Below, in pieces: positions 7,792 to 20,087 of a stretch of DNA of 32,000 bases. Source of the stretch: Corynebacterium amycolatum (GTDB taxonomy: Bacteria; Actinomycetota; Actinomycetes; Mycobacteriales; Mycobacteriaceae). Location: assembly GCF_049243625.1 (NCBI RefSeq), contig NZ_CP046975.1; one strand, written 5' to 3'. Each line of letters starts with the position of its first letter. The first letter of the stretch is position 1. The position numbers and the translations under genes are program-made. Under the pieces are notes generated by a model. It made no database searches, was not told where the DNA came from, and was given only the letters and a program-made list of their open reading frames with translations.

Positions 7792-8559
7792 ATGCCAACA
7801 AAGCACCTAAAATTCACGGGATCGACAGGCGAGACTCTAGCTGCATCGATTGATCTGCCGGACGGTAAGCCACGCGCGTGGGCGCTATTTGGTCATTGCT
7901 TCACGTGTAATCGGATGGTGCCCGGCGCGTCACGCACCTGTAAGGCGCTGGCGAAGAAGGGCATTGCAGCGTTCCGGTTCGACTTCACTGGCCTTGGGCA
8001 GTCCACTGGCGATTTCGGCGAGACGACGTTCCAGACCAACATTGATGACCTTAAGGCCGCCTACGAGTTCATGGAGGCAGAATTCGAGGCCCCCTCGCTA
8101 CTGATTGGGCACTCGCTCGGTGGCGCAGCGGCGCTGAACGCCGGCCACGATATGCCGAAGGTCAAGGCGGTTGCGACAATCGGTGCACCCTTCGATCCGG
8201 CACACTCGATTGTGCGCATCGCCGGTGACATTTCGACGGTCGATGAGCACGGCACGCAGGTTCTGCAGATTGAAGGTCGTGGCATTCCGATTTCCCGTGA
8301 GTTCCTGGAAGTGTTGGCGGACTACAACCCGGAGGTCTATCTCAGCCAGCTGCGCAAGCCGCTGCTTATTCTGCATTCCCCGACCGACCAGACTGTTGGT
8401 ATCGATAGCGCCCAGAAGATTTTCCAGGTCTCTCGCTATCCAAAATCCCTGATGAGTTTGGATCGCGCGGACCACTTGCTCACTCGCGCTAAGTCCGCCG
8501 CGCGCGCTGCTGACCTGATTTATGCGTGGGCGGATAGCTATCTTCCGGAGGCTGAATAG
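7792..8559 (+). CDS. Alpha/beta-fold hydrolase
   Basis: 255 aa with nucleophile elbow GHSLGG, candidate acid in HSPTDQTV and histidine in RADHLL. It resembles the hydrolase half of hydrolase-OsmC fusion proteins (from memory). Confidence 0.85.
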   Translation: MPTKHLKFTGSTGETLAASIDLPDGKPRAWALFGHCFTCNRMVPGASRTCKALAKKGIAAFRFDFTGLGQSTGDFGETTFQTNIDDLKAAYEFMEAEFEAPSLLIGHSLGGAAALNAGHDMPKVKAVATIGAPFDPAHSIVRIAGDISTVDEHGTQVLQIEGRGIPISREFLEVLADYNPEVYLSQLRKPLLILHSPTDQTVGIDSAQKIFQVSRYPKSLMSLDRADHLLTRAKSAARAADLIYAWADSYLPEAE

Positions 8560-8579
8560 CCCTGTTATCATTAGGGGTT

Positions 8580-9542
8580 ATGGACACAACTGAACACTCT
8601 GGCCACTCACACGGCCACGGTCATTCACACGGCCATGACCACGCTCATATTGACCCCGCGAATACTCCTGCCCGTCGCCTGCTCGCAGCTGCGGGTCTAA
8701 CTCTTGTCGTATTTCTCGCCGAGCTCATCGGCGGCTTGGTCTCGGGTTCACTGGCGCTGCTGGCAGATGCCGGCCATATGGTGACGGACTCCGCAGGCCT
8801 GCTTATGGCAGTTGCCGGTTTGGCTATCGCCCAGCGCGGAGCCAATCACCGCGCGACGTACGGGTACCGTCGTGTTGAGGTTCTGACTGCTCTCGTCAAC
8901 GGTCTGACAGTTTTCATCATTGCCGCCGTGATTCTCTGGGGCGCAATCCGGCGATTCGGGTCAGTGGAACAATCTGAAATTCAGACCATGTCGATGCTCA
9001 TCATCGCGGTCATAGGCCTGCTGACCAACGTTATTGCGGCGTTTCTGCTCGCGGGTGCTGCCAAGGAAAGCGTCAACGTCCGCGGCGCATATCTCCATGT
9101 GCTTGTCGACGCCGCTGGTTCGGTCGCCGTCATTATCTCCGCTATCGCTATTGCATACACCGGTTGGACTGCCATCGACTCGGTGGTCTCCATCGTGATT
9201 GCGCTCTTCATCGTCCCCCGAGCCGCCGTTCTGGTGCGCGACTGTCTCCACGTGTTGCTGGAGTACACCCCGAAGGGCGTCGACACCGAGAAAATTACTG
9301 CTGACCTGTCTGACTTGGACGGAGTGGTCGATGTCCACGATCTCCACGTCTGGTCCCTCAACGGCAATGACCTGTTGGCTTCTGTCCATCTCGTGCGCTG
9401 CGACACGCTCCCCAACGGCGACGAGCACGCATTGCTCGACCGCGCGCAGGCACTGCTTCACGACGTCCACGGGATTGAACACGCCACGGTGCAGATTGAA
9501 AGAACCGGGCACGCTGACCACGAGTACCCGGCTCATACCTAG
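8580..9542 (+). CDS. Cation diffusion facilitator (CDF) family Zn/Co/Cd efflux transporter
   Basis: 320 aa with His-rich N-terminus HSGHSHGHGHSHGHDHAH, HMVTD in TM2 and HVLVD in TM5 (HxxxD metal site A), and a C-terminal cytoplasmic domain with DVHDLHVW. Confidence 0.92.
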   Translation: MDTTEHSGHSHGHGHSHGHDHAHIDPANTPARRLLAAAGLTLVVFLAELIGGLVSGSLALLADAGHMVTDSAGLLMAVAGLAIAQRGANHRATYGYRRVEVLTALVNGLTVFIIAAVILWGAIRRFGSVEQSEIQTMSMLIIAVIGLLTNVIAAFLLAGAAKESVNVRGAYLHVLVDAAGSVAVIISAIAIAYTGWTAIDSVVSIVIALFIVPRAAVLVRDCLHVLLEYTPKGVDTEKITADLSDLDGVVDVHDLHVWSLNGNDLLASVHLVRCDTLPNGDEHALLDRAQALLHDVHGIEHATVQIERTGHADHEYPAHT

Positions 9543-9571
9543 TTTGTTCGGCTAGTAGCTGAAGTAAGGTG

Positions 9572-11401
9572 CTAGCCCTCGAGCTGCTCGCCTAGCTCCA
9601 GCCACTCCATCTCCAGCTCTGCCTTCTGCTCAGCCACCTCCGCAGCACGGCGATCGAGGTCCGCCAGCTTTTGTGTGTCCAAGTTGGCTACATCAGCACT
9701 CGCTTCCGCCATCTGCGCATGCAGTTCACTTTCTTGCTGGCTGAGCTTCGCCATCTTCCGCTCCAGGGCACTCATCTTCTTCTGGACAGCATGAGCTTCC
9801 GCAGCCGAGAGCTTCGAGGTATCCTCCTCTGAAGCTGCGCCACGGGTCTGCGGACTACCGGCATTTGCTTGAGAGGCACCACCACTAGCGGCCGAGTCAG
9901 CCAGCTGTGCGCGACGCTGGAGGTACTGACTAATCCCGCCTGGCAAGTTCGTCAGCTCGCCATCGCCGAAGAGGGCCCAGGTCGAGTCGGCAATACGCTC
10001 AATCAGGTAGCGGTCGTGCGAGATGACCACCAACGTGCCCGGCCAATTGTCCAGCAGGTCTTCCAATTCCTGCAGCGTGTCAATATCCAGGTCATTCGTC
10101 GGCTCGTCGAGCAGCAGGAAGTTCGGCTCACTCATCAACACGCGTGTGAGTTGCAAGCGACGGCGCTCACCGCCGGAGAGGTCTGCGATTGGGGTGCGCT
10201 GCCGCTTCGGGGAAAAACCCAGTCGCTCCGCCAGTTGCGAGGCGCTAATCTGCTTCTTGCCCAGGTCAATGTAGGTCGCCACGTCCTCCACAGCGTCGAG
10301 CACACGCATATCCAGCGGCAAATCATCGAGCTCTTGTCGCAGCCAACCCAGGCGCACCGTCTTGCCCTCAATCCGCTTGCCATCGCTTAAGGGGTAGTCT
10401 CCCGCCAATGCGCGCAACAAAGTCGTCTTACCCGAGCCGTTGACACCGACCAGGCCAATGCGCTCGCCGGGGGCCAGACGCCACGTGACGTCGTTAAGCA
10501 ATTCCCTACCATCGGGCGTTTCCAGGGACGCATGCTCCAGCTCCACGACCACCTTGCCCTGTCGACGCTGCGAAAACGCCATCAACTCCACGGAATCACG
10601 CGGCGCCGGGACATCGGCGATGAGAGCCTCAGCTGCTTCGATGCGGTAGCGAGGCTTCGAGGTGCGGGCCGGCGCACCCCGGCGCAACCACGCGAGTTCC
10701 TTACGCGCAAGGTTCTGGCGACGCTGCTCGGCGGCATCGGCTTGGCGCGCACGCTCGGCACGCGCGAACGTCCAGTCGTTGTAACCGCCATCGTAAAAAT
10801 CGACGGTGCCGTCGTGGACTTCCCACGTCTTCGTGGCAACGGTATCCAGGAACCAACGATCGTGCGTGACGACGACCAGGGCTGCCCGGCGCGAAAGGAC
10901 ATGATCGGCCAACCACTGCACACCCTCAATATCGAGGTGGTTCGTTGGCTCATCGAGAATGAGCAGATCCAGATCTCGGACCAGTGCGGCCGCCAGGTTA
11001 ACGCGACGGCGCTCACCACCGGAGAGGTTAGCGACCTTGGTATCCATACCGAGGTCATTGATACCGATGCCATCGAGGACCTCGCGGATGGAAGCGTTAC
11101 CCGCCCACTCGTGTTCAGCGAGTCCCAGCGGTGCAATGACGCACTCAAACACGGTGGAATTCGGGTCGAGCTCGGCGCCCTGGGTGACATGCGCCATGGC
11201 CATGTCGTTGGCTCGCGAGATACGTCCGGAGTCCGCCGGCTCCACGCCTGCCAGAATCTTCAGCAGTGTGGACTTGCCGCCACCGTTCAAACCGACAACG
11301 CCGATGCGGTCGCCCTCTTGAACGCCGAGGCTGACGCCGTCGAGCAGAGTCTTGAGCCCGAAGGACTTAGAAATATTCTCGCAATTAATCAGATTTGCCA
11401 T
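9572..11401 (-). CDS. ABC-F family ATPase (Uup-like, no TM domain)
   Basis: 609 aa with two ABC cassettes: Walker A GLNGGGKS and GVNGSGKT, and signature LSGGERRR twice. The interdomain linker reads ...KELAWLRRGAPARTSKPRYRI..., and there is a C-terminal coiled-coil extension. Confidence 0.92.
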   Translation of the reverse strand: MANLINCENISKSFGLKTLLDGVSLGVQEGDRIGVVGLNGGGKSTLLKILAGVEPADSGRISRANDMAMAHVTQGAELDPNSTVFECVIAPLGLAEHEWAGNASIREVLDGIGINDLGMDTKVANLSGGERRRVNLAAALVRDLDLLILDEPTNHLDIEGVQWLADHVLSRRAALVVVTHDRWFLDTVATKTWEVHDGTVDFYDGGYNDWTFARAERARQADAAEQRRQNLARKELAWLRRGAPARTSKPRYRIEAAEALIADVPAPRDSVELMAFSQRRQGKVVVELEHASLETPDGRELLNDVTWRLAPGERIGLVGVNGSGKTTLLRALAGDYPLSDGKRIEGKTVRLGWLRQELDDLPLDMRVLDAVEDVATYIDLGKKQISASQLAERLGFSPKRQRTPIADLSGGERRRLQLTRVLMSEPNFLLLDEPTNDLDIDTLQELEDLLDNWPGTLVVISHDRYLIERIADSTWALFGDGELTNLPGGISQYLQRRAQLADSAASGGASQANAGSPQTRGAASEEDTSKLSAAEAHAVQKKMSALERKMAKLSQQESELHAQMAEASADVANLDTQKLADLDRRAAEVAEQKAELEMEWLELGEQLEG

Positions 11402-11900
11402 GATGAGTATTTATTGTGCCCCATTCGACGTTGCCAAGCACACGCCGAACATACCAAGCCACCGGCAGCTCCTCGAACTGCTCTCGGGTTACCCATTTAA
11501 ATTCCGGATGCTCGCCGCTGAGCTGGACATTCTGCGTGTCGTCGGCCTCGCGTACTAGAAAGGTCACCGTGTGGAAGCGGAAATTCTCCCCGCCCAAGTC
11601 CGGATTGGAATAATGGGCAAATTCGCTGACCTCCGCTGCGCGCAAGCCGGCCTCTTCACGCAGTTCGCGCACAGCGGCCTCCACGGGCTCCTCCCCCGCG
11701 TCTAGCTTGCCACCGGGCAAATCCCACTGGCCCCCGAGGAAGCCCTCGTATTCACGCAGCAGAAGCAGCAAGCGGTCACCTCGGAAAACTATGCAGTTGC
11801 ACACCCAGCCGTCGTCGTCAGGCCAGAACTTAGTCCAAGCCAGGCTGCGCGGTTCGCGCCGGCCGATCTCGGCCCTACTGGGGGTGTCATCACGGTGCAT
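11385..11900 (-). CDS. NUDIX hydrolase
   Basis: 171 aa with Nudix box GGKLDAGEEPVEAAVRELREEAGL. No convincing SD upstream of the ATG at 11900, so the true start could be the internal GTG (VCNCIVF). The 3' end overlaps the ABC-F start by 17 nt. Confidence 0.82.
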   Translation of the reverse strand: MHRDDTPSRAEIGRREPRSLAWTKFWPDDDGWVCNCIVFRGDRLLLLLREYEGFLGGQWDLPGGKLDAGEEPVEAAVRELREEAGLRAAEVSEFAHYSNPDLGGENFRFHTVTFLVREADDTQNVQLSGEHPEFKWVTREQFEELPVAWYVRRVLGNVEWGTINTHHGKSD

Positions 11901-11932
11901 GGGGAAAGATCGCCTGTCCTTTATTAAAAGCG

Positions 11933-12838
11933 CTAGTCTCGTGAGACCTCAGCGAGGCGAACGAAATCGGCAATTTCGAGCTTCTCTCCTCGCTGCTTGG
12001 GGTCAATCCCCGCTGCCATAAGCGCTTCTTCGGCTGCGGCACCAGATCCGTAAATCCCCGATAGGGCCGCACGGAGGGTCTTGCGGCGTTGCGCAAAAGC
12101 AGCGTCGATAAGCGGGAAAAGGCGCGCGCGAAATTGCGGCGAAATCTCCCACGGAGCCTCGGGGGCATCGGCGGCATTGGAGTTCTCAGGAGCGTCGGAG
12201 CGGGCGTAGCAGTCAATGCGAACGAGCCCGGAATCAACCTTCGGGACCGGCCAAAAGACGTGCGGACCAATGGCACCGGCGCGACGCACTGTGCCGTAGT
12301 AGGCGGCCTTGACGCTGGGGACGCCGTAAATCTTGGAGCCCGGCTGAGCCGCCAGCCGGTCAGCGACCTCAGACTGCACCATCACGAGCACGCGGCGGAT
12401 GGTGGGGAGCTCGGCAAGCATGTGCAGCAGTACCGGTACCGAAACGTTGTACGGAAAGTTAGCCACCAGTGCATCCGGCGAGGTCTGAAAGTCCTCGCGG
12501 CTGACCTTCAGCGCATCTTTCTCAATGAGCTCGAGTTCACAGCCCTCGGCGCGCTCGGCGACTGTCTGGGGCAAACGCTCCGCCAACCGCGGATCGATTT
12601 CGACAGCCGCGGCACGGCCGCAGTGTTCGAGCAATCCCAGGGTCAGCGAGCCCAAGCCGGGACCGACCTCAACAGGGTAGGAATCCTCCGGCAAGTCCGC
12701 CGCAGCGACAATTCGACGCACGGTGTTGGCGTCGTGGACGAAGTTCTGCCCCAATTTCTTCGTCGGGACAATATCCAACTGCGCCGCCAGGTCACGTACT
12801 TCGACCGGCCCCAGGAAAGAAACTTCTGCTTTAGTCAC
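11933..12838 (-). CDS. rsmA: 16S rRNA (adenine1518/1519-N6)-dimethyltransferase
   Basis: 301 aa with [16 protein letters not shown] and SAM motif [10 protein letters not shown]. Located downstream of rpfB, as in other Mycobacteriales. Confidence 0.95.
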   Translation of the reverse strand: MTKAEVSFLGPVEVRDLAAQLDIVPTKKLGQNFVHDANTVRRIVAAADLPEDSYPVEVGPGLGSLTLGLLEHCGRAAAVEIDPRLAERLPQTVAERAEGCELELIEKDALKVSREDFQTSPDALVANFPYNVSVPVLLHMLAELPTIRRVLVMVQSEVADRLAAQPGSKIYGVPSVKAAYYGTVRRAGAIGPHVFWPVPKVDSGLVRIDCYARSDAPENSNAADAPEAPWEISPQFRARLFPLIDAAFAQRRKTLRAALSGIYGSGAAAEEALMAAGIDPKQRGEKLEIADFVRLAEVSRD

Positions 12839-12902
12839 AGTTAGATACTACGGGGTCAAAAGAAAAAATAGGTTTAGCTCGTTTGGCTAGTCTGAACTAG
12901 CT

Positions 12903-14075
<1,173 letters not shown>

Positions 14076-14219
14076 CTATCAGATGAAAGAAATACAGTTT
14101 GTAACAGTACGGTAAAGATTCAGTGTTGTCTAAAATATATCGATAAAAGTGACGGGAAATACAACAAACCGCCCCGGCTGCATTTCCACAGCTCAGGGCG
14201 ACAATACGCCGACACGTGC

Positions 14220-15044
14220 TTAAATGCCGTACACCCGACGTGCGTTATCCGTCAAAATCTGCGCCATCTCCTCCGCCCCGATTTCTCGGGCCGCAGCCAT
14301 CGCACGCGCCTGATGACCGATAAAAGTTGACTCATTGCGCGCACCTCGGAACGGCTCCGCGGTCATGTAGGGGGCATCGGTTTCCACCAGCAGCTGCTCC
14401 GCCGGCGCCTCAGCCACAGCCTGCCGCAGGTAATCATTGCGTTTGAAGGTCACGTTTCCGGTAAAACTCAGCAGGTAACCGCGCGCAATGGCCTCGCGGG
14501 CAACCTCAATGGGCGAGGAGAAGCAGTGCAAGATGACCGTGTTCTCATAGCCGTCCAACGCCGCCATCAGATCTTCATCGGCGTCGCGGTTATGAATCAT
14601 CAACGGCTTGCCGACGGTTGCTGCGAGCTCCATATGCCACTGCAACGCAGCCAGCTGTTCGCTCTTCGACGCGCAGCCGTCGAGAGAATCCAACCAGTAC
14701 CAATCCAATCCCGTCTCGCCCACGGCCACAACCCTGGGGTCGGCAGCCATTTCGGTCAGACGGGCCTTGGCGTCGTCGTCAAGCTCGTGTGCGCGCGTCG
14801 GATGGATGGCAGCGGCGGCCCAGACGTTGGGGTGCGCGTGTGCGGCGGTAAAGGCCAGTTCGGTTTCCGGCATGCCATCGCCGACCGTGCAAACTCCGAC
14901 GACGCCCGCTGCGGCGGCACGGTCCATGAGAGCCGCAATCTCCTCCGGAGTTTGCGCCCCGCAGGACGCGAGATGCGTGTGGGCGTCAAACAGCGGAGTG
15001 AGATACTCCGCGGGTTCTGCAATTTTGCGTTTGCGCTTTCCCAT
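14220..15044 (-). CDS. tatD: TatD family metal-dependent hydrolase/DNase
   Basis: 274 aa with FDAHTHL, HCFSS and ETDAPYM motifs. It starts 15 nt downstream of metG. Confidence 0.92.
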   Translation of the reverse strand: MGKRKRKIAEPAEYLTPLFDAHTHLASCGAQTPEEIAALMDRAAAAGVVGVCTVGDGMPETELAFTAAHAHPNVWAAAAIHPTRAHELDDDAKARLTEMAADPRVVAVGETGLDWYWLDSLDGCASKSEQLAALQWHMELAATVGKPLMIHNRDADEDLMAALDGYENTVILHCFSSPIEVAREAIARGYLLSFTGNVTFKRNDYLRQAVAEAPAEQLLVETDAPYMTAEPFRGARNESTFIGHQARAMAAAREIGAEEMAQILTDNARRVYGI

Positions 15045-15059
15045 TCCTCTACTGCGCCC

Positions 15060-16886
15060 CTACTTCACCTGTGCCCACTCAGGGCCGTGCTCAGCCAACT
15101 CCGAGTCGAGCTTGGAGAAAACCGGCTTCGGCTTTGCAAGCTGCGTACCCGGCTCAATGTCGAAGCGATGCCAGGCGGCCTTCTGATTGACGTAATCACC
15201 AGTGATGATTGGGTAGCTCCTGCCCTCTGCCGGCAAGTCTGCGCCGACCGGTTCGACCGGCATGTCGTCCTGGACTTCCTGGACTTCTGGCATTGCGGCC
15301 CAGATGCCCTCGCCACCCAGGGTCTCGAAGACCTTCTGCGCGCTTTCCGGCAGGTACGGGGTCAGCAGGACATTGGCGTCGCTGACTACCTGCAGCGCTG
15401 TCCACAACACAGTGGCGAGACGCTCACGCTGGGACTCGTCCTTCGCCAGCTTCCACGGCTCCTGCGCAGCAATGTAGGCGTTCGCCTCCCCGACCAGGTG
15501 CATTGCGGCAGTGATACCAGCGCGGAAACGGGATAGCGCAAGTGCGTCACCCACCTCGGCGAAGGAGCGCTCAGCCAGGTCGAGCAGTTCACGGTCAGCG
15601 TCGGTGAGCTCGCCCGGAGTTGGCACCTCACCGAAGTTCTTGAAAGCCATGGACACGGTGCGGTTGACCAGGTTTCCCCAGGAGTTGGCCAGCTCGTTAT
15701 TCACGCGGCGGACAAACTCATCCCAGGTGAAGTCGGTGTCCTGGTTTTCCGGACCAGCCATGGCGATGAAGTAGCGCAGCGGATCCGGACCGAACTCCGC
15801 CAGGAAATCCTTCACATAGATGACAACGCCCTTGGAAGAGGAGAACTTCGAGCCCGACATGGTCAGGTACTCCGAGGAGACGACCTCCGTCGGCAGGTTC
15901 AACTCACCGAGCTCCCCGACTTTGCCTCCGCGGGAACCTTCGCCACGGTAGCCCAGCAGCTCAGCCGGCCAAATCTGGGAGTGGAAGGTGATGTTGTCCT
16001 TGCCCATGAAGTAGTAGGACAGCGCCTCCGGGTCATTCCACCACTTGCGCCACGCTTCCGGGTCACCGATGCGCCAGGCCCACTCGATGGAAGCGGATAG
16101 GTAACCGACGACAGCGTCGAACCAAACGTAGAGTTTCTTGGTTCCGTTTTCCGACCAGCCCTCCAGCGGAATCGGAACACCCCAGTCAATGTCGCGGCTC
16201 ATTGCGCGCGGACGGATGTCCTTCAGGATGTTCAGGGAGAATTTCAGCACATTTGGGCGCCAGTCCTTGCGCTCTTGAAGCCATTCGGTCAAGGCCTCTG
16301 CCAGCGCTGGCAGGTCGAGCAAGAAGTGCTCAGTTTCAACGAACTTCGGGGTCTCGCCGTTGATTTTCGACACCGGATCAATCAGATCGGCCGGGTCAAG
16401 CTGGTTACCGCAGTTGTCACACTGGTCGCCACGGGCACCGGAAGCGCCACAAATTGGGCAGGTACCTTCGATGTAACGGTCCGGCAGCGTGCGCCCGGTC
16501 GACGGGGAAATCGCCCCCATCGTGGTCTGCTTGACCATGTAGCCGTTTTCGTAGAGCCCGCGGAAGAGCTCCTGGACAATCGCGTAGTGGTTGCGCGTGG
16601 TAGTGCGCGTAAACAGGTCGTAGGAAAGCCCCAGACCCGCGAGGTCCTGCACAATCTGGCGGTTGTAACGGTCGGCCAATTCCTGGACAGAAACGCCTTC
16701 CTTCTCTGCTTGCACAAGCAGCGGCGTGCCATGCTCATCAGTACCGGAGACCATCAGCACGTCATTGCCAATCATTCGCTGGTAGCGAGCGAAAACGTCC
16801 GAGGGGACTCCGAAACCTGCAACATGGCCGATATGTCGCGGACCGTTAGCGTACGGCCACGCAACTGCTGTGAAAATGCGAGACAT
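15060..16886 (-). CDS. metG: Methionine--tRNA ligase
   Basis: Track ORF 15060..16988, but I start it at the internal ATG 16886 ([28 protein letters not shown] motif near the N-terminus). It has the zinc knuckle CPICG...CDNCG and the KMSKS-type loop [10 protein letters not shown]. No SD is visible, so it may be leaderless or short-leader. Confidence 0.94.
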   Translation of the reverse strand: MSRIFTAVAWPYANGPRHIGHVAGFGVPSDVFARYQRMIGNDVLMVSGTDEHGTPLLVQAEKEGVSVQELADRYNRQIVQDLAGLGLSYDLFTRTTTRNHYAIVQELFRGLYENGYMVKQTTMGAISPSTGRTLPDRYIEGTCPICGASGARGDQCDNCGNQLDPADLIDPVSKINGETPKFVETEHFLLDLPALAEALTEWLQERKDWRPNVLKFSLNILKDIRPRAMSRDIDWGVPIPLEGWSENGTKKLYVWFDAVVGYLSASIEWAWRIGDPEAWRKWWNDPEALSYYFMGKDNITFHSQIWPAELLGYRGEGSRGGKVGELGELNLPTEVVSSEYLTMSGSKFSSSKGVVIYVKDFLAEFGPDPLRYFIAMAGPENQDTDFTWDEFVRRVNNELANSWGNLVNRTVSMAFKNFGEVPTPGELTDADRELLDLAERSFAEVGDALALSRFRAGITAAMHLVGEANAYIAAQEPWKLAKDESQRERLATVLWTALQVVSDANVLLTPYLPESAQKVFETLGGEGIWAAMPEVQEVQDDMPVEPVGADLPAEGRSYPIITGDYVNQKAAWHRFDIEPGTQLAKPKPVFSKLDSELAEHGPEWAQVK

Positions 16887-17012
16887 ATCTAACAGGGTAA
16901 TAGATGACCTGCCATCGCGATGAACTGTGTCCCTTACGGAGTCCTCATGAAGTCCACATGAACTGTCCCCTACCATCATCGCACGCATGCGCAGTCACTA
17001 CGCTTATGTTCT

Positions 17013-18254
17013 ATGTCCACTCGGTCTACCTCCTCCGGCTCGGCTGCTGACTTCACTTCGCGTGCGACCACTGCGCTGGCGCGTCTTATCGCTGCCGGTC
17101 ATCGTCCCGCCGCACTCATCGGCTCCTGGTTCGGTTATCGCGCGGTTCTCGCCGCCAACGTCGAGCTCACTGCCTGCGAGTCGGCAGCGCTTTTCACCAG
17201 CCCCGACCCCGATGCGTGGATCTTTGGGTTCCGCCCCTACTCCGGCACCAGCGCGCACGGGGTCGCTACCTGCGTCGCGTTGCTTGCCGACGACGGCACG
17301 TGGCATTTCGACGGCCCCGGCACCGGTGACCCCTTCAATCCGGATTTCCAAGCCCTTCAGGAGGCCATCAACTACTCGCACGAAGACACGCGTGCCGACG
17401 CGCTCCCCGCGGCCACACCACTGGAGTGGGATCAAGGCGACCGAGAACACCACCAGCTTGCGGTGACAAACTGTAAGGAGGCAATTGCCGCAGGCGAGGT
17501 GTATCAAACCTGCATTTCCACACGCTTTCACGCGGAGCTGGCAGCGAGCGACTCTGCACTAGCCCACGCCGGCGCGTGGTTTTCCTCCCGCGTGGCGCGG
17601 TATCAACCGGCTCGAGCAGCATTCTTGCCCGGCAATCTCGACGTTGGAATTCCAATCCTGGCCTCGCTGAGCCCTGAGGAGTTCCTCATCCGCGCAGGCA
17701 CAAGCGTGACTGAAACTCCCATCAAAGGCACGATTCCCGCTGACCGGTCCCCGAACGAGTTATTGCGCAGCGACAAGGATGTCGCCGAGAACATCATGAT
17801 TGTCGACCTGGTGCGCCATGACCTCGGTCAAGTTGCCAAGACCGGCACCGTGAAGGTCACAGACCTGCTCAGTGTGCGTCCGGCACCGGGCGTGTGGCAC
17901 CTCTTTTCCACAGTTTCCGCGGAACTTCCCGATCAGCTCAGCCACGCTGAGCTCATCGAAGCCTGCTTCCCACCGGCCTCAGTCACCGGTACACCGAAGC
18001 TGCGAGCGATTGAGCTTCTGCGCGAATGGGAACCCGAACCCCGTGGCGCTCACTGCGGCGCGATTGGTGCGGCCCATGGGGATGCACTTGAGCTCAATGT
18101 CGGTATTCGTACCGCTGAGTACACAAAAGACCCGAACTCGGGGAGAGTTCGGGTCGAAGCTGGCATCGGCGGTGGCATCACCATCGGGTCTACACCCGAG
18201 GGCGAATGGGCCGAGATTGAGGCCAAGGCCGCACCGCTGCTGTTGGAAAGCTAA
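17013..18254 (+). CDS. pabB: Chorismate-binding enzyme, aminodeoxychorismate synthase component I-like
   Basis: 413 aa with SPEEF, TPIKGT (Lys as in PabB, where TrpE has PIAGT, from memory), [14 protein letters not shown] and [29 protein letters not shown]. It neighbours metG as I remember for Mtb Rv1005c. No SD upstream. Confidence 0.8.
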   Translation: MSTRSTSSGSAADFTSRATTALARLIAAGHRPAALIGSWFGYRAVLAANVELTACESAALFTSPDPDAWIFGFRPYSGTSAHGVATCVALLADDGTWHFDGPGTGDPFNPDFQALQEAINYSHEDTRADALPAATPLEWDQGDREHHQLAVTNCKEAIAAGEVYQTCISTRFHAELAASDSALAHAGAWFSSRVARYQPARAAFLPGNLDVGIPILASLSPEEFLIRAGTSVTETPIKGTIPADRSPNELLRSDKDVAENIMIVDLVRHDLGQVAKTGTVKVTDLLSVRPAPGVWHLFSTVSAELPDQLSHAELIEACFPPASVTGTPKLRAIELLREWEPEPRGAHCGAIGAAHGDALELNVGIRTAEYTKDPNSGRVRVEAGIGGGITIGSTPEGEWAEIEAKAAPLLLES

Positions 18255-19963
18255 TTGCGCAATTTACGAGCACGGCGGCGCTCGCGCTGTTCGGCCGCTT
18301 CCGCCAAGCGGCGCTCACGAGCCATGCGCAGGGCAAACTGACGCTGTTCCTTGTCATCGAGGTACATCGGATCGTCGGAAAGCCCCTTAACCAGCGCAAC
18401 CATCAGCGCCAAGATAACAATGACGAACGGGCTTGCCGCCAAAATAGTGATGTTCTGCAGGTTCGACAGGGCATCGCTGCCACCGGTGACCAATAGGACG
18501 ATGGCAATCAGAGCGGTGAAGATACCCCACATAGCAGTGACCGTGCGCGACGCTGTGAGTCGACCGAACTGGCTCATGGTGCCCATCACGGTGGAGGCGG
18601 AGTCCGCCGAGGTAATGAAGAAGGTAGCCAGCAGAATCATTGCAATAGCCGAGGTAATCGCGCCACCCGGCAAGGATTCCAGCAGATTGAACAGCTGACT
18701 CTCGGCCGAACCGTCACCGTAGATGGACGCACCCTGCTGCTCGTGGGTAATGGCGGTGCCACCAAAGATGGAGAACCACACTGCAGAGACAATCGACGGA
18801 ACTGCGACGACGGTGAAGACGAACTCACGGATAGTACGGCCGCGAGAAATACGTGCGATGAACATACCGACAAACGGCGACCAGGAAATCCACCAGGCCC
18901 AGTAGAAGATTGTCCAGGAAGAGAGCCATTCACCGGCGGTGCCGTCAGCGGAAGCACTGGAGCGGGAGGCCATCTCAAAGAAGGAATCCAGGTAGCTGCC
19001 AATGGAGGTCGGAATCAGGTTCAGAATCACCACGGTAGGGCCGAGGACCAACACCAGCAGAGCCAGCAGACCTGCGGCAACCATGTTGAAGTTCGAGATG
19101 TACTGGATGCCCTTGCCCACGCCCGACAGTGCAGAGGCCAAGAAGGCACAGCCCAGAACGAGAATAAGACCAATCCACAAAGGTGCGCCCTTGATGGCGT
19201 TGAACCCGTTGATTTCCAAACCGGCGGAAATCTGAAGTACGCCAACACCGAGAGAAGCTGCCGTACCGAAGACGGTGGCAAAAATCGCAAGCGCGTCGAT
19301 AAGCTTGCCCAACCATCCCTCAGCGCGACGTGCGCCGATGAGCGGGATGAACGCCGCCGAAATCAGCTGCTTTCGGCCGAGGCGGTAGGTCGAGTAAGCA
19401 ATTGCGAGACCGACGATGGCGTAGAGCGACCACGGGTGCAGAGTCCAGTGGAACATCGTCGAAGCCATGGCGGTACCGACTTCCTTCGGCTCGTGGCCCG
19501 GCACGCCATCGCGATAGAAGGTCAGCGGCTCAGCGACACCGTAGAACATCAGACCGATGCCCATACCGGCGGCGAACATCATGGCAATCCAGCTAGGCGT
19601 GGAAAACTCGGGTTTCTCGTTGTCCTTGCCCAAGCGGATGTGACCGAACTTGGAAATCGCGATGGACACAATGAAGAAGACAAAGACGGTACTGGCCAAG
19701 ATAAACAGCCAGCCGATGTTCTCCACGACCCAGTTCAGAGAGCTAGATGCGAACGTAGAGAAACTATCCGGCCACGCCAGGCCCCAGACGATGATTGCCA
19801 GAATTGCGACAACGGCGGGGATGGTAACCCCGAGGTTCACGGGAGCGTGAGAATCGTCGGCCCTGACTTCGCCGACGACTGACTCCCCTACTTCTTGTTG
19901 TATTTCATGCTCTGGTGGATTCGTCATTCCTCCACCATGTCCACCATTGACCTGGGATTTCAA
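18251..19963 (-). CDS. BCCT family compatible-solute transporter (BetP-like)
   Basis: 570 aa with [18 protein letters not shown] and the Trp box [30 protein letters not shown]. It has an acidic N-terminal tail and a basic C-terminal tail ([21 protein letters not shown]). TTG start at 19963; an alternative ATG at 19927 (MTNPPEHE) lies directly after GGAGGA. Confidence 0.92.
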   Translation of the reverse strand: MKSQVNGGHGGGMTNPPEHEIQQEVGESVVGEVRADDSHAPVNLGVTIPAVVAILAIIVWGLAWPDSFSTFASSSLNWVVENIGWLFILASTVFVFFIVSIAISKFGHIRLGKDNEKPEFSTPSWIAMMFAAGMGIGLMFYGVAEPLTFYRDGVPGHEPKEVGTAMASTMFHWTLHPWSLYAIVGLAIAYSTYRLGRKQLISAAFIPLIGARRAEGWLGKLIDALAIFATVFGTAASLGVGVLQISAGLEINGFNAIKGAPLWIGLILVLGCAFLASALSGVGKGIQYISNFNMVAAGLLALLVLVLGPTVVILNLIPTSIGSYLDSFFEMASRSSASADGTAGEWLSSWTIFYWAWWISWSPFVGMFIARISRGRTIREFVFTVVAVPSIVSAVWFSIFGGTAITHEQQGASIYGDGSAESQLFNLLESLPGGAITSAIAMILLATFFITSADSASTVMGTMSQFGRLTASRTVTAMWGIFTALIAIVLLVTGGSDALSNLQNITILAASPFVIVILALMVALVKGLSDDPMYLDDKEQRQFALRMARERRLAEAAEQRERRRARKLRN

Positions 19964-20087
19964 CTCAGGATGTGGATTCTCTCAGGTTTTCCTCATTTTT
20001 TATGGGTTGCAAAAAACTTCCAATAACGGAGTTTACCCTGTTCACTGGCGTGCGCTTGAACATTTTCCGCCACAAAGTAACAATCAG

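Noticed and set aside
10532-11500. 322-aa plus-strand ORF opposite the ABC-F and NUDIX genes
   Set aside because: It is an antisense shadow ORF of high-GC coding DNA. The minus strand carries unmistakable Walker A, signature and Nudix motifs.
16887-16988. 34-codon N-terminal extension of metG
   Set aside because: MetRS begins a few residues before the HIGH motif. The extension ([17 protein letters not shown]...) has no homology that I recognise.
18743-19882. 379-aa plus-strand ORF opposite the BCCT transporter
   Set aside because: It is an antisense shadow. The minus-strand frame carries the BCCT Trp-box signature.
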